NCBI GenBank assembly: GCA_963838485.1
Contig: CAWIRY010000115.1
Span: forward strand, 74,162 to 138,161
Length of the DNA: 64,000 bases
Source of the DNA: an uncultured delta proteobacterium
GTDB lineage: Bacteria > Desulfobacterota > RBG-13-43-22
Direction: 5' to 3'
The position numbers were made by a program, and so were the translations under genes. Under the pieces are notes generated by a model, which ran no database searches, was not told where the DNA came from, and saw only the letters and a list, made by a program, of their open reading frames with translations. Position 1 is the first letter of the stretch. Each line of letters begins with the position of its first letter. Below are positions 50,499 through 61,130 of this stretch, one piece after another.

Positions 50499-52175
50499 TT
50501 ATACTATTTCCCAACTGCGGATGGCGGCTAATACTTCTTCGGGGGTTTGGGCGGATTTGAGGCCTTGCAGAAGCTGTCTGTTTTGGGCCGCCCGGCTGGC
50601 CAAACCTAACACCTTGACCTGGATGTCCGGGGTTTGGACCGGAGAAAGAATTAAAAAAACGATCTCAATGGGCTTATCGGTGAGGACATCGGAGACTCCC
50701 TTTCGGGTTAATCCCAGGGCCACTATGGGGGCCGTCAGGCCGTTGATTCGGGCGTGGGGGAAGGCCACCCCCTCGTTAAAAAAGGTCGAACCCTGGTCTT
50801 CACGCTTGAGGACCTCTTTTAATAAGGTCTCCGGATCGCCTATCCGGTTGGATTTCCCCGCGGCTTCCACCAATTTTTGAAGAATGACCTCTTTGAGTGC
50901 CGGTTGGTCCCAAATGATAATCCCTTGAGGGGTGATCAGTTTATTCAACATCAATTGATCTTGTGGAGGGGGCTTGGGTTCTGAAGGCGTGGAGACCGCG
51001 GGAGGTGTTTCCGACACCTCTTTTCGGTCCAGGGCCGTCCGCGGTCCTTCTTCACGGGTATCCAGAATAATAAGTGTGATCCCGACGGCATTTTTAATCA
51101 GGTCCCCGACTACGTCTTTATTCTTTCCGAACTTTTTAAAGAAAGGTTTAGAGCCCGGTCGCCCGATAATGATATGGCCTACCCGATATTCCCTGGCAAA
51201 TCTGAGGATGGTATCCGCAATGTCTTCACCTTTGTAGGTAAATACCAGGGCCCCTAATTGCTTGGCCAGGGTCAAGGTGTCGGAGAGGAGCCGCTGGGTG
51301 CGGGCATCGATGACCGTGGCTTCCTCGGAAGGGGTTTGGACATAAACGGCGTACCAGTTTCGGTTCAATCTTCCGGCTAAGCGCGAGGCATAACGCAGCA
51401 GTTTATCACTATTGGGGCCCCGTGAACTCAGGCAGACCATGACCTGGTCCGGGGTGATATCGCTTTCTTTTTCCTCCGTCTCCCGCCTCCTAAAATCGAT
51501 CTGGGAGGCCAGTTCCCGGAGGGTGAGTTCCCGAAGTTTTTCCAGATTGGAGGTCCTGAAAAAATGACTCAGCGCGGTCTGGATGCGCTCCCGGGGATAG
51601 ATCTTTCCTTCCTCCAACCGTTTTTGCAAATCTTCGGTGGACAAATCCACGTCGACGATCTGGTCGGCTTCGGCCAGGACCGAATCGGGCAAACGCTCCC
51701 GGACCTTGACCCCTACGGCCTTTTCGACCATATTGTAGAGGCTTTCCAAATGCTGGACATTCAAGGTGGTGATGACATGGATCCCGGCGGCCAGGATGTC
51801 TTGAACATCCTGATAGCGTTTCTGGTTGGGGCTGCCGGGGACATTGGTATGGGCCAGTTCGTCGATAAGGGCAACCTGCGGTTTGCGGGCCAGGAGGGCC
51901 TCCACGTCCATCTCTTCCACCGGAACACCGCGGTATTCTTGCCGACGCCGGGGGACGACCTCCAGCCCTTCGATCAGTCTGGCGATATCGGCCCGACCGT
52001 GGGTTTCAACCAGCCCGACGACCACATCGATTCCGTCATCCTTGAGTCTGTGGCCTTCCTGGAGCATCTGATAGGTCTTGCCCACCCCTGGGCAATAGCC
52101 CAGATAGACCTTTAACCGGCCGCGCTGGGAGTGGCGGATCATTCTGAGAAAAGCGTTGGCTCTGTCGTCGCTCAT
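50499..52175 (-). CDS. kdpD: KdpD N-terminal domain + Usp + PTS EIIA(Ntr/Fru)-like fusion
   Basis: RGRLKVYLG..PGVGKTY, DELAHTN, LRELTLR; C-terminal KRE..GST..GVAFPHAR. Confidence 0.85.
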   Translation of the reverse strand: MSDDRANAFLRMIRHSQRGRLKVYLGYCPGVGKTYQMLQEGHRLKDDGIDVVVGLVETHGRADIARLIEGLEVVPRRRQEYRGVPVEEMDVEALLARKPQVALIDELAHTNVPGSPNQKRYQDVQDILAAGIHVITTLNVQHLESLYNMVEKAVGVKVRERLPDSVLAEADQIVDVDLSTEDLQKRLEEGKIYPRERIQTALSHFFRTSNLEKLRELTLRELASQIDFRRRETEEKESDITPDQVMVCLSSRGPNSDKLLRYASRLAGRLNRNWYAVYVQTPSEEATVIDARTQRLLSDTLTLAKQLGALVFTYKGEDIADTILRFAREYRVGHIIIGRPGSKPFFKKFGKNKDVVGDLIKNAVGITLIILDTREEGPRTALDRKEVSETPPAVSTPSEPKPPPQDQLMLNKLITPQGIIIWDQPALKEVILQKLVEAAGKSNRIGDPETLLKEVLKREDQGSTFFNEGVAFPHARINGLTAPIVALGLTRKGVSDVLTDKPIEIVFLILSPVQTPDIQVKVLGLASRAAQNRQLLQGLKSAQTPEEVLAAIRSWEIV

Positions 52176-52255
52176 AAGTTAAATACGAAAACCAGGGTTC
52201 AAGGATTCCAGGATTCGAGGGTTCAAGGGTTTTAACTCCGTTTCTTTTTCATGCC

Positions 52256-53506
52256 TCAGGCCCCGGATTTCGCGCATCCGGCCAGGCGCTCCACTTCCAA
52301 GGTCAGGGCGACTTGTTTGGTCAGCGATTCCAGGAGATTCAATTGGTCCGGATGGCGGAAGCGGTCACGATCTGCGGGCCGCAAGACCAAAACACCCGAA
52401 GTGAAATCAGCCGCTCGAATCGGCACATAGAGATTTTCGGATGTGGGAAAGGACTCCGTGCCCAATCCGGTTATTTGCCCGCTGTCAAAGGCCAAATGGG
52501 CCATCTTGATTTCTTTTTCGATATCCTGGTAAAGAACGGAAGAGGTATCCCCGGCGATCACCTGAAGTCTCCCTTCCCCGTTCGACACCAAAGCTACGGC
52601 CGGGCTATCAAAAATCTCCGAGATATATTCTACGGCCTTCTGGAAGATTTTTTCCCTTCCTCCAATGCCGGCGAGTTGGCGGCTGAGACCATGCATGGCG
52701 GTAGCCTGCCGCTCTTGGTGCCTGGCAACTTGGACCTGTTGACGCAACCGGTCTGCCAGGTGACTGATGACCAAAGCCACCAGAAACATGACGATGAAGG
52801 TAACGATGTACTGGGCCTCGTCCACGGTGAATGAAAAACGGGGGGGGACAAAAAAGAAATCAAAGCCCAGAACGCTTAAGAAAGAATCCAGAATAGCCGG
52901 ACCCCGGCCGCAGGAAGCGGCCGTGATCATCACACCCAGCAGATAGACCATAATGAGATTACTGAGGTGAAAGAAGGGGTACATCAAAAAACAGAGCAGG
53001 GAGGCCAGGATAAAAAATAAGAGGCCGGCTCCATAGTCGGACAGTCGGATCCTTTGGGGTCGAATCGTGTAGGTGGCCTCTCTCGGCTCCCCCGGTTCTC
53101 CGCCAAGGACGTAAACATTCATCTCCCCGCTCATCCGGACCAGTTTATCCACCGGGCTCCTCAAGAGGGATCTTTTCCAAAAGGAGCCGCCTGGTTTGCC
53201 GACGACAATCCTGGTGATTTTCCGTTGTCCGGCAAAGGCGATAATTTCTTCGGCTATATGACGACCGGTCAAGGTAAAGGTCTCGGCCCCCCATTGCTCG
53301 GCTAGGCGCAGATTATCGAAGACGCGATTGCGCGCTTCCTCCGGCAGCAGCAGTGTCTTGGGGTTCTCGACAAACAGGACAAACCATTTGGCCTTTAGAT
53401 CGGCGGCCATTCTCCGGGCTGCGTTTATGAGTCCGGCAGAAGAGGGACCTGGTCCCAGGCACACCAAAAGTCTTTCGGACGGGGGTGTTAATGTGTCGCT
53501 TGCCAT
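52256..53506 (-). CDS. KdpD middle part (Usp + 4TM DUF4118 + GAF), no kinase domain
   Basis: ERLLVCLGP, NLIMVYLLGV, FDFFFVPP. Confidence 0.85.
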   Translation of the reverse strand: MASDTLTPPSERLLVCLGPGPSSAGLINAARRMAADLKAKWFVLFVENPKTLLLPEEARNRVFDNLRLAEQWGAETFTLTGRHIAEEIIAFAGQRKITRIVVGKPGGSFWKRSLLRSPVDKLVRMSGEMNVYVLGGEPGEPREATYTIRPQRIRLSDYGAGLLFFILASLLCFLMYPFFHLSNLIMVYLLGVMITAASCGRGPAILDSFLSVLGFDFFFVPPRFSFTVDEAQYIVTFIVMFLVALVISHLADRLRQQVQVARHQERQATAMHGLSRQLAGIGGREKIFQKAVEYISEIFDSPAVALVSNGEGRLQVIAGDTSSVLYQDIEKEIKMAHLAFDSGQITGLGTESFPTSENLYVPIRAADFTSGVLVLRPADRDRFRHPDQLNLLESLTKQVALTLEVERLAGCAKSGA

Positions 53507-53526
53507 CAGCCTTATCCTATCTGGGT

Positions 53527-53650
53527 TTGATGATTTTGTAAAAAGTCGTCAAAATTTCATCTTCGTCATTCCGGCGAAAGCCGGAATCCAGATTCAATGC
53601 CGGGTTTCCTGCTTCGCCGGGAGGGTGTCGGAGACTTTTTATAAGTCTCT
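53527..53650. repeat. MITE/palindromic element (CGTCATTCCGGCGAAAGCCGGAATCCAG core)
   Basis: second copy at 54268-54402. Confidence 0.7.
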
Positions 53651-53664
53651 CCATGTGTTACCCT

Positions 53665-54249
53665 TTATTGGGTCAGGCGATCCAGGGCCAGATTCAACAT
53701 CAGGACATTCACCCTGGGTTCACCGAAGACACCCAGGTCCCGGCCCTCGGTGTAATGTTCAATCTGCTTCAAAACGGTTTTATCACCCACGCCCCGGGCC
53801 GCGGCCACCCGGGGTGCCTGGAGAAAGGCGTTTTTCAAACTGATGTGCGGGTCTAGGCCGCTGGCTGAGGCGGTTACGGCATCGGCCGGCACGAGGACAT
53901 CTGGAGCAAGTTTGTTTTCAGTACGGTATTGGCCCAGGCGTTCTTTAAGACTATCATTCAGTTTCTTGGAAAGAGGTCCGAGATTGCTGCCGCCGGAATT
54001 GAGGCCATCATAGCCTTGTCCGGCGGCTGATGGGCGGGGATGAAAGTATTTCGGAGCGCCAAACCCCTGGGCGATAAGGCGCGATCCCCTGATCATCTGC
54101 TTTTCCTTGACCAAAGAGCCATTGGCCTTATCCGGGAATAATCCCTGGGAAAGGGCCCAGACCGCAAGGGGATAAAAACCACAAAGAATCACCGCCATGG
54201 ATAGCGTGGCCAGCAGGGCGATGCGAAGTTCGGCTATTATATTTTTCAT
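53665..54249 (-). CDS. kdpC: K+-transporting ATPase C subunit
   Basis: YFHPRPSA, SGGSNLGP, VTASASGLDPHIS, VNVLMLNLALD. Confidence 0.95.
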   Translation of the reverse strand: MKNIIAELRIALLATLSMAVILCGFYPLAVWALSQGLFPDKANGSLVKEKQMIRGSRLIAQGFGAPKYFHPRPSAAGQGYDGLNSGGSNLGPLSKKLNDSLKERLGQYRTENKLAPDVLVPADAVTASASGLDPHISLKNAFLQAPRVAAARGVGDKTVLKQIEHYTEGRDLGVFGEPRVNVLMLNLALDRLTQ

Positions 54250-54267
54250 GTTTCAAACCTTTCAAGG

Positions 54268-54402
54268 TTGATGATCTTTTAAAAAGTCGAGAATTGGCCT
54301 TTTCCGTCATTCCTGGCGAAAGCCGGAATCCAGGAAATTCAACTGCTTCTGGACCCCGGTTTTCACCGGGGTGACCATAGAGGTTTTTTACGATTTCATT
54401 AA
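54268..54402. repeat. MITE/palindromic element, copy 2
   Basis: TTGATGAT..AAAAAGTCG..CGTCATTCC.GGCGAAAGCCGGAATCCAG..TTTTTAC. Confidence 0.7.
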
Positions 54403-54449
54403 GGTGCATGGCTTAGATATACGTTTTTTCCTTGAACCTTTTGTGTGTC

Positions 54450-56471
54450 TCACATTATGTGCATGGCGTTAAGGATCATATCGATCAGTTTAATACCCGG
54501 GAAGGGCGCGATAAGACCACCAAGACCGTAAATTAAAAGGTTACGCTTGAGAAGTACGGCGGCCCCTAAAGGTCGAAAACGTACTCCCCGCAAGGCCAAG
54601 GGGATGAGGGTGACGATGATCAAGGCATTAAAAATAACGGCACTCAGAATGGCGCTTTGGGGGGACCGGAGGCCCATAATGTTAAGGGGAGAGATCACCG
54701 GAAAGACACTCATCAGCATGGCCGGGATGATGGCGAAGTATTTGGCCACATCGTTGGCGATACTGAAGGTGGTCAGGGCGCCCCGGGTGATCAGCATCTG
54801 TTTGCCTATTTCAACCACCTCGATTAATTTGGTCGGGTTGGAATCCAGGTCCACCATATTGCCGGCCTCCTTGGCCGCCTGGGTTCCGGTGTTCATGGCC
54901 ACCCCGACATCGGCCTGGGCCAGGGCCGGCGCGTCGTTGGTGCCGTCGCCGGTCATGGCCACCAAATGACCGGCGGCCTGTTCCTTGCGGATTAGGGCCA
55001 GCTTATCCTCCGGCTTGGCCTCGGCAATGAAATCATCCACTCCGGCCTCCCGGGCAATGGCCTCGGCCGTTAAACGGTTGTCTCCGGTGACCATTACGGT
55101 TTTGATGCCCATGGCCCTGAAACGTTCGAAACGATCCTTCAGCCCCCCTTTGACAATATCCTTCAAGTGGATGGCTCCCAGCACCTTCTCCCTATCGACG
55201 ACCAGCAGTGGGGTCCCGCCGGAAAGGGAAATATCTTCCACGGCCTTTTGAATCTCCAAGGGAAGATCCGTCCCGGTAAAGGCTTTGACGGCGTCTATGG
55301 CCCCTTTGCGGATCTGCCGCTCGTCCACATCCACTCCGCTCATTCTGGTCTGGGCGGAAAAAGCGATAAATTGGGCATGGGACATTTCAGTGATGGAACG
55401 CCCTCTTAGACCATATTGTTTAGCCAGGACGACGATACTCCGGCCTTCGGGTGTTTCGTCGGCTAAAGAGGCTAATTGGGCCGCATCGGCCAATTCCTCG
55501 ACCGTAATCCCCGGGGCCGGAAGAAAGGCAGTGGCCTGTCGGTCTCCCAGGGTGATGGTCCCTGTTTTATCCAAGAGCAACACGTCGATATCTCCGGCGG
55601 CCTCGACGGCCCGGCCGCTCATGGCCAGGACATTTTTTTGGACCATCCGGTCGATCCCGGCGATCCCGATGGCGCTGAGCAAACCCCCGATGGTGGTGGG
55701 AATCAGGCAAACCAGCAAGGCCACCAGGACAGTGATGGAGAAGGCCACGCCCGAATAAAGACCGAAGGGCTTCAAGGTGATGCAGACGATCAAAAAGATG
55801 ATGGTCAGGGCCGAGAGAAGAATCGTCAGGGCGATCTCGTTGGGTGTTTTCTGACGTTGGGCTCCTTCGACGAGCTGGATCATACGATCCAAAAAACTTT
55901 CCCCCGGGTTGGCGGTTACCAGGACCTTGATCTGGTCCGATAGAACCCTGGTGCCGCCGGTGACGGCGCTACGATCGCCGCCGGCTTCGCGGATGACCGG
56001 AGCAGACTCTCCGGTGATGGCCGATTCGTCCACCGTAGCCACACCGGCTACGATTTCACCGTCAGAGGGAATGATTTCCCCTGCCGATACCAGAACGAGG
56101 TCGCCCTTCCGCAGGCGGTCGGCTTCGATCTTCTCGACTGAGTTATCGGATTTCAATCGATTGGCCAGGGTCTGGGTTCGGGTCTTGCGGAGGGCATTGG
56201 CCTGGGCCTTGCCCCGGCCTTCGGCCATGGCCTCGGCGAAATTGGCGAAGAGCACGGTAAACCAGAGCCAAAGGGAGACCTGCAGGATAAACCCTAAGGG
56301 GTCCTTCCCGGATCGCAAGAAGAGGCCGATGGTGGTCAGGGCCGCGCCGACTTCGGTCACAAATATAACCGGATTTTTCAACATGGAAACCGGATTGAGT
56401 TTTTTAAACGAATCTATTATCGCTTGTCCGATAATGGCCCGTTCAAAAAGGGAATGGGTTCTTGACGCCAT
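54450..56471 (-). CDS. kdpB: K+-transporting ATPase B subunit
   Basis: TGES, CLIPTTI, DKTGT, TGDN, GDGTND. Confidence 0.97.
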   Translation of the reverse strand: MASRTHSLFERAIIGQAIIDSFKKLNPVSMLKNPVIFVTEVGAALTTIGLFLRSGKDPLGFILQVSLWLWFTVLFANFAEAMAEGRGKAQANALRKTRTQTLANRLKSDNSVEKIEADRLRKGDLVLVSAGEIIPSDGEIVAGVATVDESAITGESAPVIREAGGDRSAVTGGTRVLSDQIKVLVTANPGESFLDRMIQLVEGAQRQKTPNEIALTILLSALTIIFLIVCITLKPFGLYSGVAFSITVLVALLVCLIPTTIGGLLSAIGIAGIDRMVQKNVLAMSGRAVEAAGDIDVLLLDKTGTITLGDRQATAFLPAPGITVEELADAAQLASLADETPEGRSIVVLAKQYGLRGRSITEMSHAQFIAFSAQTRMSGVDVDERQIRKGAIDAVKAFTGTDLPLEIQKAVEDISLSGGTPLLVVDREKVLGAIHLKDIVKGGLKDRFERFRAMGIKTVMVTGDNRLTAEAIAREAGVDDFIAEAKPEDKLALIRKEQAAGHLVAMTGDGTNDAPALAQADVGVAMNTGTQAAKEAGNMVDLDSNPTKLIEVVEIGKQMLITRGALTTFSIANDVAKYFAIIPAMLMSVFPVISPLNIMGLRSPQSAILSAVIFNALIIVTLIPLALRGVRFRPLGAAVLLKRNLLIYGLGGLIAPFPGIKLIDMILNAMHIM

Positions 56472-56575
56472 GATTTTATTTACCCTTTATACCGTCATGT
56501 CCCGTCAGGGACGTGACCCTGTGAATTATGAAAATAGGGCTCTTCGATGGTTGAACCTCGAACCCTATTTTCGGG

Positions 56576-58378
56576 TTAGAAGAAAATTTTTGACCCGGTC
56601 ATCAAAAAGTGCTCGACGATAGGACCCAGGGCCAATGCCGGAAGAAAGGTCAAGGCCCCGACGATTACGACCGTCCCCACTAAGACGAGGGTAAAGGTCA
56701 AACCCCAGACGGGAAAGCTTCCTCCGGATGAGGGAACGAGTTTTTTCCCGGCCAGACTCCCGGCCAGGGCCATCACCGGCACGACCATAATAAAACGTCC
56801 AAAGAGCATGGCCAGCCCCAAAGTGGTATTGTACCAGGGGGTATTGGCGCTAAGGCCGGCAAAGGCGCTGCCGTTGTTGCCGGTGGTTGAGGAAAAGGCA
56901 TAGAGTATCTCGCTCAACCCATGGGGGCCGCCGTTGTTCAAGCCGGCCAATCCCCATTTACTCACCAGGGCCCAGGCCGAGAAGCAGAGGATACTGAAGA
57001 TCAGTATCATCAAGGCCAGAACGCTCACCTTCACATCGTAGGGTTCTATCTTTTTACCGAGATACTCGGGTGTGCGACCGACCATCAAGCCGGTCAGGAA
57101 TACGGCCAGGATGACAAAAATCAGCATCCCATACAATCCCGCACCGACTCCCCCGAAAACGACCTCGCCCAATTGGATGTTAAAAAGGGGAATCAGTCCA
57201 CCGAGAGGGGTAAAGGAATCATGCATGGCATTGACGGCCCCGCAAGAGGCGTCGGTGGTGATGGAGGCAAAAAGGGCGGAGTTGAAGATCCCGAAACGGA
57301 CCTCTTTCCCTTCCATGTTCCCGCTGACCTGCTCCAGGCCAAGGGTTTGGAGGCGCGGATTGCCGGCCGATTCAGCGTACCAGCAGACCAGGACGGCACT
57401 GAGAAAGAGGATGGTCATGGCGCTCCAGACCGCCCAACCGTGCTTTTGCTTTTTGACCATTCGACCCAGATAATAAGTCAGGCCGCTGGGGATGAGAAAG
57501 ATGGAAAGCATCTGCAGAAAATTGGATAAAGGGGTCGGGTTCTCATAAGGATGAGCGGCATTGGCATTGAAGAAACCGCCGCCGTTGGTCCCCAGCATCT
57601 TGATGGCCACCTGGGAGGCAGCGGGCCCCTGGGGGAGGGTCTGTTGGGTTACCTTCTGCTCTTCCATCACCGGGTTGCCCTGGGCATCCCTAATCTCCTG
57701 ACCGCCGGCGTCCTTTTTAGGGACCTGGATAGTCATAGGTTCGATGAGCCTGGCTGAATCATAGGCCTTAAAGTTCTGGATCATGCCCTGGGAGACCAGG
57801 AAGACGGCCAGTACCAGGCTGATCGGCAGCAGCAGATAAAGGATCCCTCGGATCAAGTCGACCCAGAAATTGCCGATCGTTTTGGCCGAATGGCGGGCAA
57901 TGCCGCGTACCAGGGCCGCGGCTGCGGCCAGGCCCACTGCGGCTGAAGCGAAGTTATGAAAAACAAGGCCCACCATCTGCGAGAAATAGGAGAGGGTTGA
58001 TTCGCCGCCGTAATTCTGCCAATTGGTGTTGGTGGTGAAACTGACCGCCGTATTAAAGGCCAGGTCTGCGGGGACCGGCCCGAAGCCCTGGGGGTTGAGG
58101 GGCAGCAGATGCTGAAGGCGAAGGATAAAATAGGTAAACAGCAACCCGACCAGGCTGAATAGAAGCAGGGAAAAGGTATAGTCTTTCCAGTCCTGCTCCT
58201 TTTTCGGGTCCAGACCCAAGAACCGGTATAAGCCCCGTTCCAAAGGCCTTAGAACCGGATCGAGAAAGGTTTTGCCTGAACTATCCATGACCTGAACCAA
58301 ATAAAGGCCCATGGGTTTGGTCAGTGCCAGAAGAACCAGCATGTAGAGTGCGAGTTGAATCCATCCGTAAAGGTCCAT
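56576..58378 (-). CDS. kdpA: K+-transporting ATPase A subunit
   Basis: SFTTNTNWQ, LGTNGGG, HPYENP, GNNGSAFAGL. Confidence 0.97.
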   Translation of the reverse strand: MDLYGWIQLALYMLVLLALTKPMGLYLVQVMDSSGKTFLDPVLRPLERGLYRFLGLDPKKEQDWKDYTFSLLLFSLVGLLFTYFILRLQHLLPLNPQGFGPVPADLAFNTAVSFTTNTNWQNYGGESTLSYFSQMVGLVFHNFASAAVGLAAAAALVRGIARHSAKTIGNFWVDLIRGILYLLLPISLVLAVFLVSQGMIQNFKAYDSARLIEPMTIQVPKKDAGGQEIRDAQGNPVMEEQKVTQQTLPQGPAASQVAIKMLGTNGGGFFNANAAHPYENPTPLSNFLQMLSIFLIPSGLTYYLGRMVKKQKHGWAVWSAMTILFLSAVLVCWYAESAGNPRLQTLGLEQVSGNMEGKEVRFGIFNSALFASITTDASCGAVNAMHDSFTPLGGLIPLFNIQLGEVVFGGVGAGLYGMLIFVILAVFLTGLMVGRTPEYLGKKIEPYDVKVSVLALMILIFSILCFSAWALVSKWGLAGLNNGGPHGLSEILYAFSSTTGNNGSAFAGLSANTPWYNTTLGLAMLFGRFIMVVPVMALAGSLAGKKLVPSSGGSFPVWGLTFTLVLVGTVVIVGALTFLPALALGPIVEHFLMTGSKIFF

Positions 58379-58515
58379 GATGTTATTCCTTCTTCAAACC
58401 GTCATGCGCCGCCAGGGGCGTGACACCACGAATCATCAAAATTCCCCCCCCTCCCTCACCCTCCCCCTCGGAGGGGGGAGGGAAGGGGTGAGGGTGGACA
58501 AGGGTTATTTTCGAG

Positions 58516-58599
58516 CTAAAATTTTTCAGGCCGAAGGACGGTTATAAAGAGATAAACAATCAGGATCAGCCCGATAATCAATCCGATAATATCCGCCAT
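58516..58599 (-). CDS. kdpF: K+-transporting ATPase F subunit (27 aa)
   Basis: MADIIGLIIGLILIVYLFITVLRPEKF*. Confidence 0.85.
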   Translation of the reverse strand: MADIIGLIIGLILIVYLFITVLRPEKF

Positions 58600-58600
58600 G

Positions 58601-58684
58601 TTAAAGCCTTTCACAGGCCCGCATGTACAGGACACACAAGCCGAAAAAAACGATTGATATTAAAATATAGATGACATCACTCAT
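58601..58684 (-). CDS. Small membrane peptide upstream of kdpF (27 aa)
   Basis: RBS AGGAGG; MSDVIYILISIVFFGLCVLYMRACERL*. Confidence 0.7.
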   Translation of the reverse strand: MSDVIYILISIVFFGLCVLYMRACERL

Positions 58685-58758
58685 GATAACCTCCTAAAAA
58701 GTCAAGACAGGTCTTTTCCCGTCTTTCCGGCGGACGTGACGTTTTACATATCTACCAC

Positions 58759-60603
58759 TCATGAACGATCCTCCTGTTTCGAAGAAGAATTCACTGTCCT
58801 CAGGGTAAAAGTGAAGGTGCTTCCCTGGCCTTCCTGACTTTCCACACCCACGGTCCCGCCATGGGCTTCGATGATCTCTTTAACGATGGCCAGTCCAAGT
58901 CCGGCCCCGGATTCCTTTTCCTGGCCGGGGACCCGAAAGAATTGTTCGAAGATCCTGGGGAGATATTGACCGGGAATCCCCTTTCCCGTGTCGGAGATGG
59001 AAAACCGGACCTCATTTTTTTCCGCTTTGGCGGAAACGGTGACCTTACCGCCCGGAGGAGTGTATTTAAGGGCATTGGAAAGAAGGTTACCAAAGACATA
59101 GTAGATCCTGGTTTGATCGGCCCAGACGTCGGGTAACTCTCCGGGTATGTCGACAAGCAGGGTCACCCCCTGGTCGTGGGCCGCCCTCCAAAAGGGTTCC
59201 AGGGCTTCCATTTGAAGGGAATGGGGAGAAACCGCCTGGAATTCCATCTTGGTCTTGCCGGATTCGATGCGGCTGATATCCAGCAGGTTGTTGAGGATAT
59301 TGTGCAGCCGGTCGCTGTCTTCCCTGGCCGCCAAGAGAAGATCGACCTGCTGTTCCGTCAGGGGGCCTACTTTCTCTTCCAACAGGAGGTGTATGGCCAT
59401 ACGAATGGAAGTGAGAGGCGTTTTGAGCTGATGAGACACGGTGGAGATCATCCCTCTTTTTAATTCATCCTGGTGCCTGATCTGGGTGACATCCTGTAGG
59501 ACCAGGACCACTCCGGTTGATTGTCTCTCCTGATCAAGGATGGGAATCGCCTCCGGGCGAAAGTAGCGCTCTTCTCCTTGGATAAAATGTTGAATAACCT
59601 TTTGATTGCCTTTGGGCTCCGTTATGCGGCCTTGTTTCAGGGCCTCCTGGACCAGGCCGTTTACCCATTCTAAGGGTAATTCTTTGATAGGGGTGTTGGG
59701 CTGCAAGCCGAAAAAATTCCTGGCCGTTTCAGTGGCCACCTCCACCGTGCCTTCCGGGTCAATAACCGCCACCGCTTCCGGGAGACTGTCAAAGGCCTGT
59801 TGCGTGGCCTGCTGGATCCGAAATAATTTGGACCGGTTGGAGCGGCGAAATTCCCGGATGCTGGCCGCCATTTCATTGAAGGCTTCGGAAAGGTGTCCGA
59901 TTTCATCGCGGGAATTGCTTTGGACCACTAAGTTAAGATTGCCCTTCCTGATTTCATTGGCCGAATCAATAAGACGATTGATCGGACGCAAGATCCATCT
60001 TCCGATAAAAAAAATAAACCCCACGGCGATGAGCGTCCCGGTCAATAAAAGAATAATCATCCCCCTTTTGGCCGCAGTGGCATTGCGGCGCGCCCGATCA
60101 TTGGCCTCACTCATATTTTGCTGATTCATCTTAAGGATTTCATTGGCCGTACCTTTGATCAGGTCGGACAAGGGGAGGAGTTCGTTGAAATAGGTACGAC
60201 TGCGGACGGCAAGCGAAAAACGGGGGCCTTCTATATTCTTGAGCGTTGTTTTATACTGGTTAAATTGTTTTTGGAGGAGGGCGGCCTTTTCTCCTTCCCC
60301 CGGAAGGGTAATGTTGTTCAACTCGGTCTGCAGGGCCTTCTCAAAGGTGCGCTCATTTCTATCCATCAGGTCATTGCCTTTTTGAATATACCCCTGAAGG
60401 GCAAAGAAGACCCCTTTATCCATCTCTTCCAGGTCTTCCTTCATTTCCTGGCAGGCAATGACGCTCTGGTAATTTTCCCGAAGGATGACGTCGATGGACT
60501 CTCCCAGTCTGCTTAAATGGATAATACTCTGGATACCGATAACCAGAATAATGAACAGCAGCCCGGCGAAACCGAGAGATATTTTTTGACGAAGACCCAA
60601 CAT
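58759..60603 (-). CDS. HAMP/PAS sensor histidine kinase
   Basis: 2 TM, RDEIGHL, SHQLKTPLT, NLLSNALKY, DTGKGI, GAGLGL. Confidence 0.92.
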   Translation of the reverse strand: MLGLRQKISLGFAGLLFIILVIGIQSIIHLSRLGESIDVILRENYQSVIACQEMKEDLEEMDKGVFFALQGYIQKGNDLMDRNERTFEKALQTELNNITLPGEGEKAALLQKQFNQYKTTLKNIEGPRFSLAVRSRTYFNELLPLSDLIKGTANEILKMNQQNMSEANDRARRNATAAKRGMIILLLTGTLIAVGFIFFIGRWILRPINRLIDSANEIRKGNLNLVVQSNSRDEIGHLSEAFNEMAASIREFRRSNRSKLFRIQQATQQAFDSLPEAVAVIDPEGTVEVATETARNFFGLQPNTPIKELPLEWVNGLVQEALKQGRITEPKGNQKVIQHFIQGEERYFRPEAIPILDQERQSTGVVLVLQDVTQIRHQDELKRGMISTVSHQLKTPLTSIRMAIHLLLEEKVGPLTEQQVDLLLAAREDSDRLHNILNNLLDISRIESGKTKMEFQAVSPHSLQMEALEPFWRAAHDQGVTLLVDIPGELPDVWADQTRIYYVFGNLLSNALKYTPPGGKVTVSAKAEKNEVRFSISDTGKGIPGQYLPRIFEQFFRVPGQEKESGAGLGLAIVKEIIEAHGGTVGVESQEGQGSTFTFTLRTVNSSSKQEDRS

Positions 60604-60929
60604 GACTTTCCTTTTTTGGTTAAACAGTTTAAACAAAGCAAATAGCAGGCCAAGCCCTTTCTTAATTTAACTTATTGTAAGACATCGATTTTTATTTGCA
60701 AGAAAGATTTGCCACCTTGCATTTCTCAAGAAACAGGAGGAAATCTTATTGAAATTTGCAAGGTGGCTTGAAGAATAAGAGCGGAGAGAACAATCAGGAC
60801 AAAATGGTAATCGTTATCAAGTCGGCTAGGTTAGACCATTGGCAAACCAAACACGGTTTCCCCCTTTTTCTCGTTGACCGCTCTTCAAGACGCTTTCTCT
60901 TCAAGAACAATGTCTTATCAAGAATTTTG

Positions 60930-61081
60930 GGTCACGGCTCTTTACCGATATCCATATACTTACGGACGGTAAAGCCCCGCTTGGCGAAATCCACGCTGTG
61001 ACCGAAGCGATTGAATTGAGGATCCAGGCCATTGTGCCGAATGCGGACGTAACGGTCCATCCCGAACCGGACTCATCGTAA
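60930..61081 (+). pseudogene. CDF/FieF cation-efflux C-terminal fragment
   Basis: DIHILTDGKAPLGEIHAVTEAIELRIQAIVPNADVTVHPEP. Confidence 0.6.
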
Positions 61082-61130
61082 ACCGAATAGACTTCCCTGG
61101 TCATCCAGACCTATTGATCTCCTTACCGTT

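Noticed and set aside
53451-53462. GGTCCCAGGCAC match to tRNA-Leu 3' end as attR
   Set aside because: Only 12 bp and inside the conserved coding motif VCLGPGP of the KdpD-like gene
54547-57757. Long antisense ORFs over kdpA/kdpB (and similar over other GC-rich genes)
   Set aside because: Shadow frames of well-supported genes
60800-60870. c-di-GMP or c-di-AMP riboswitch upstream of kinase/kdp
   Set aside because: Only GGCAAACC is present; remaining consensus elements not found
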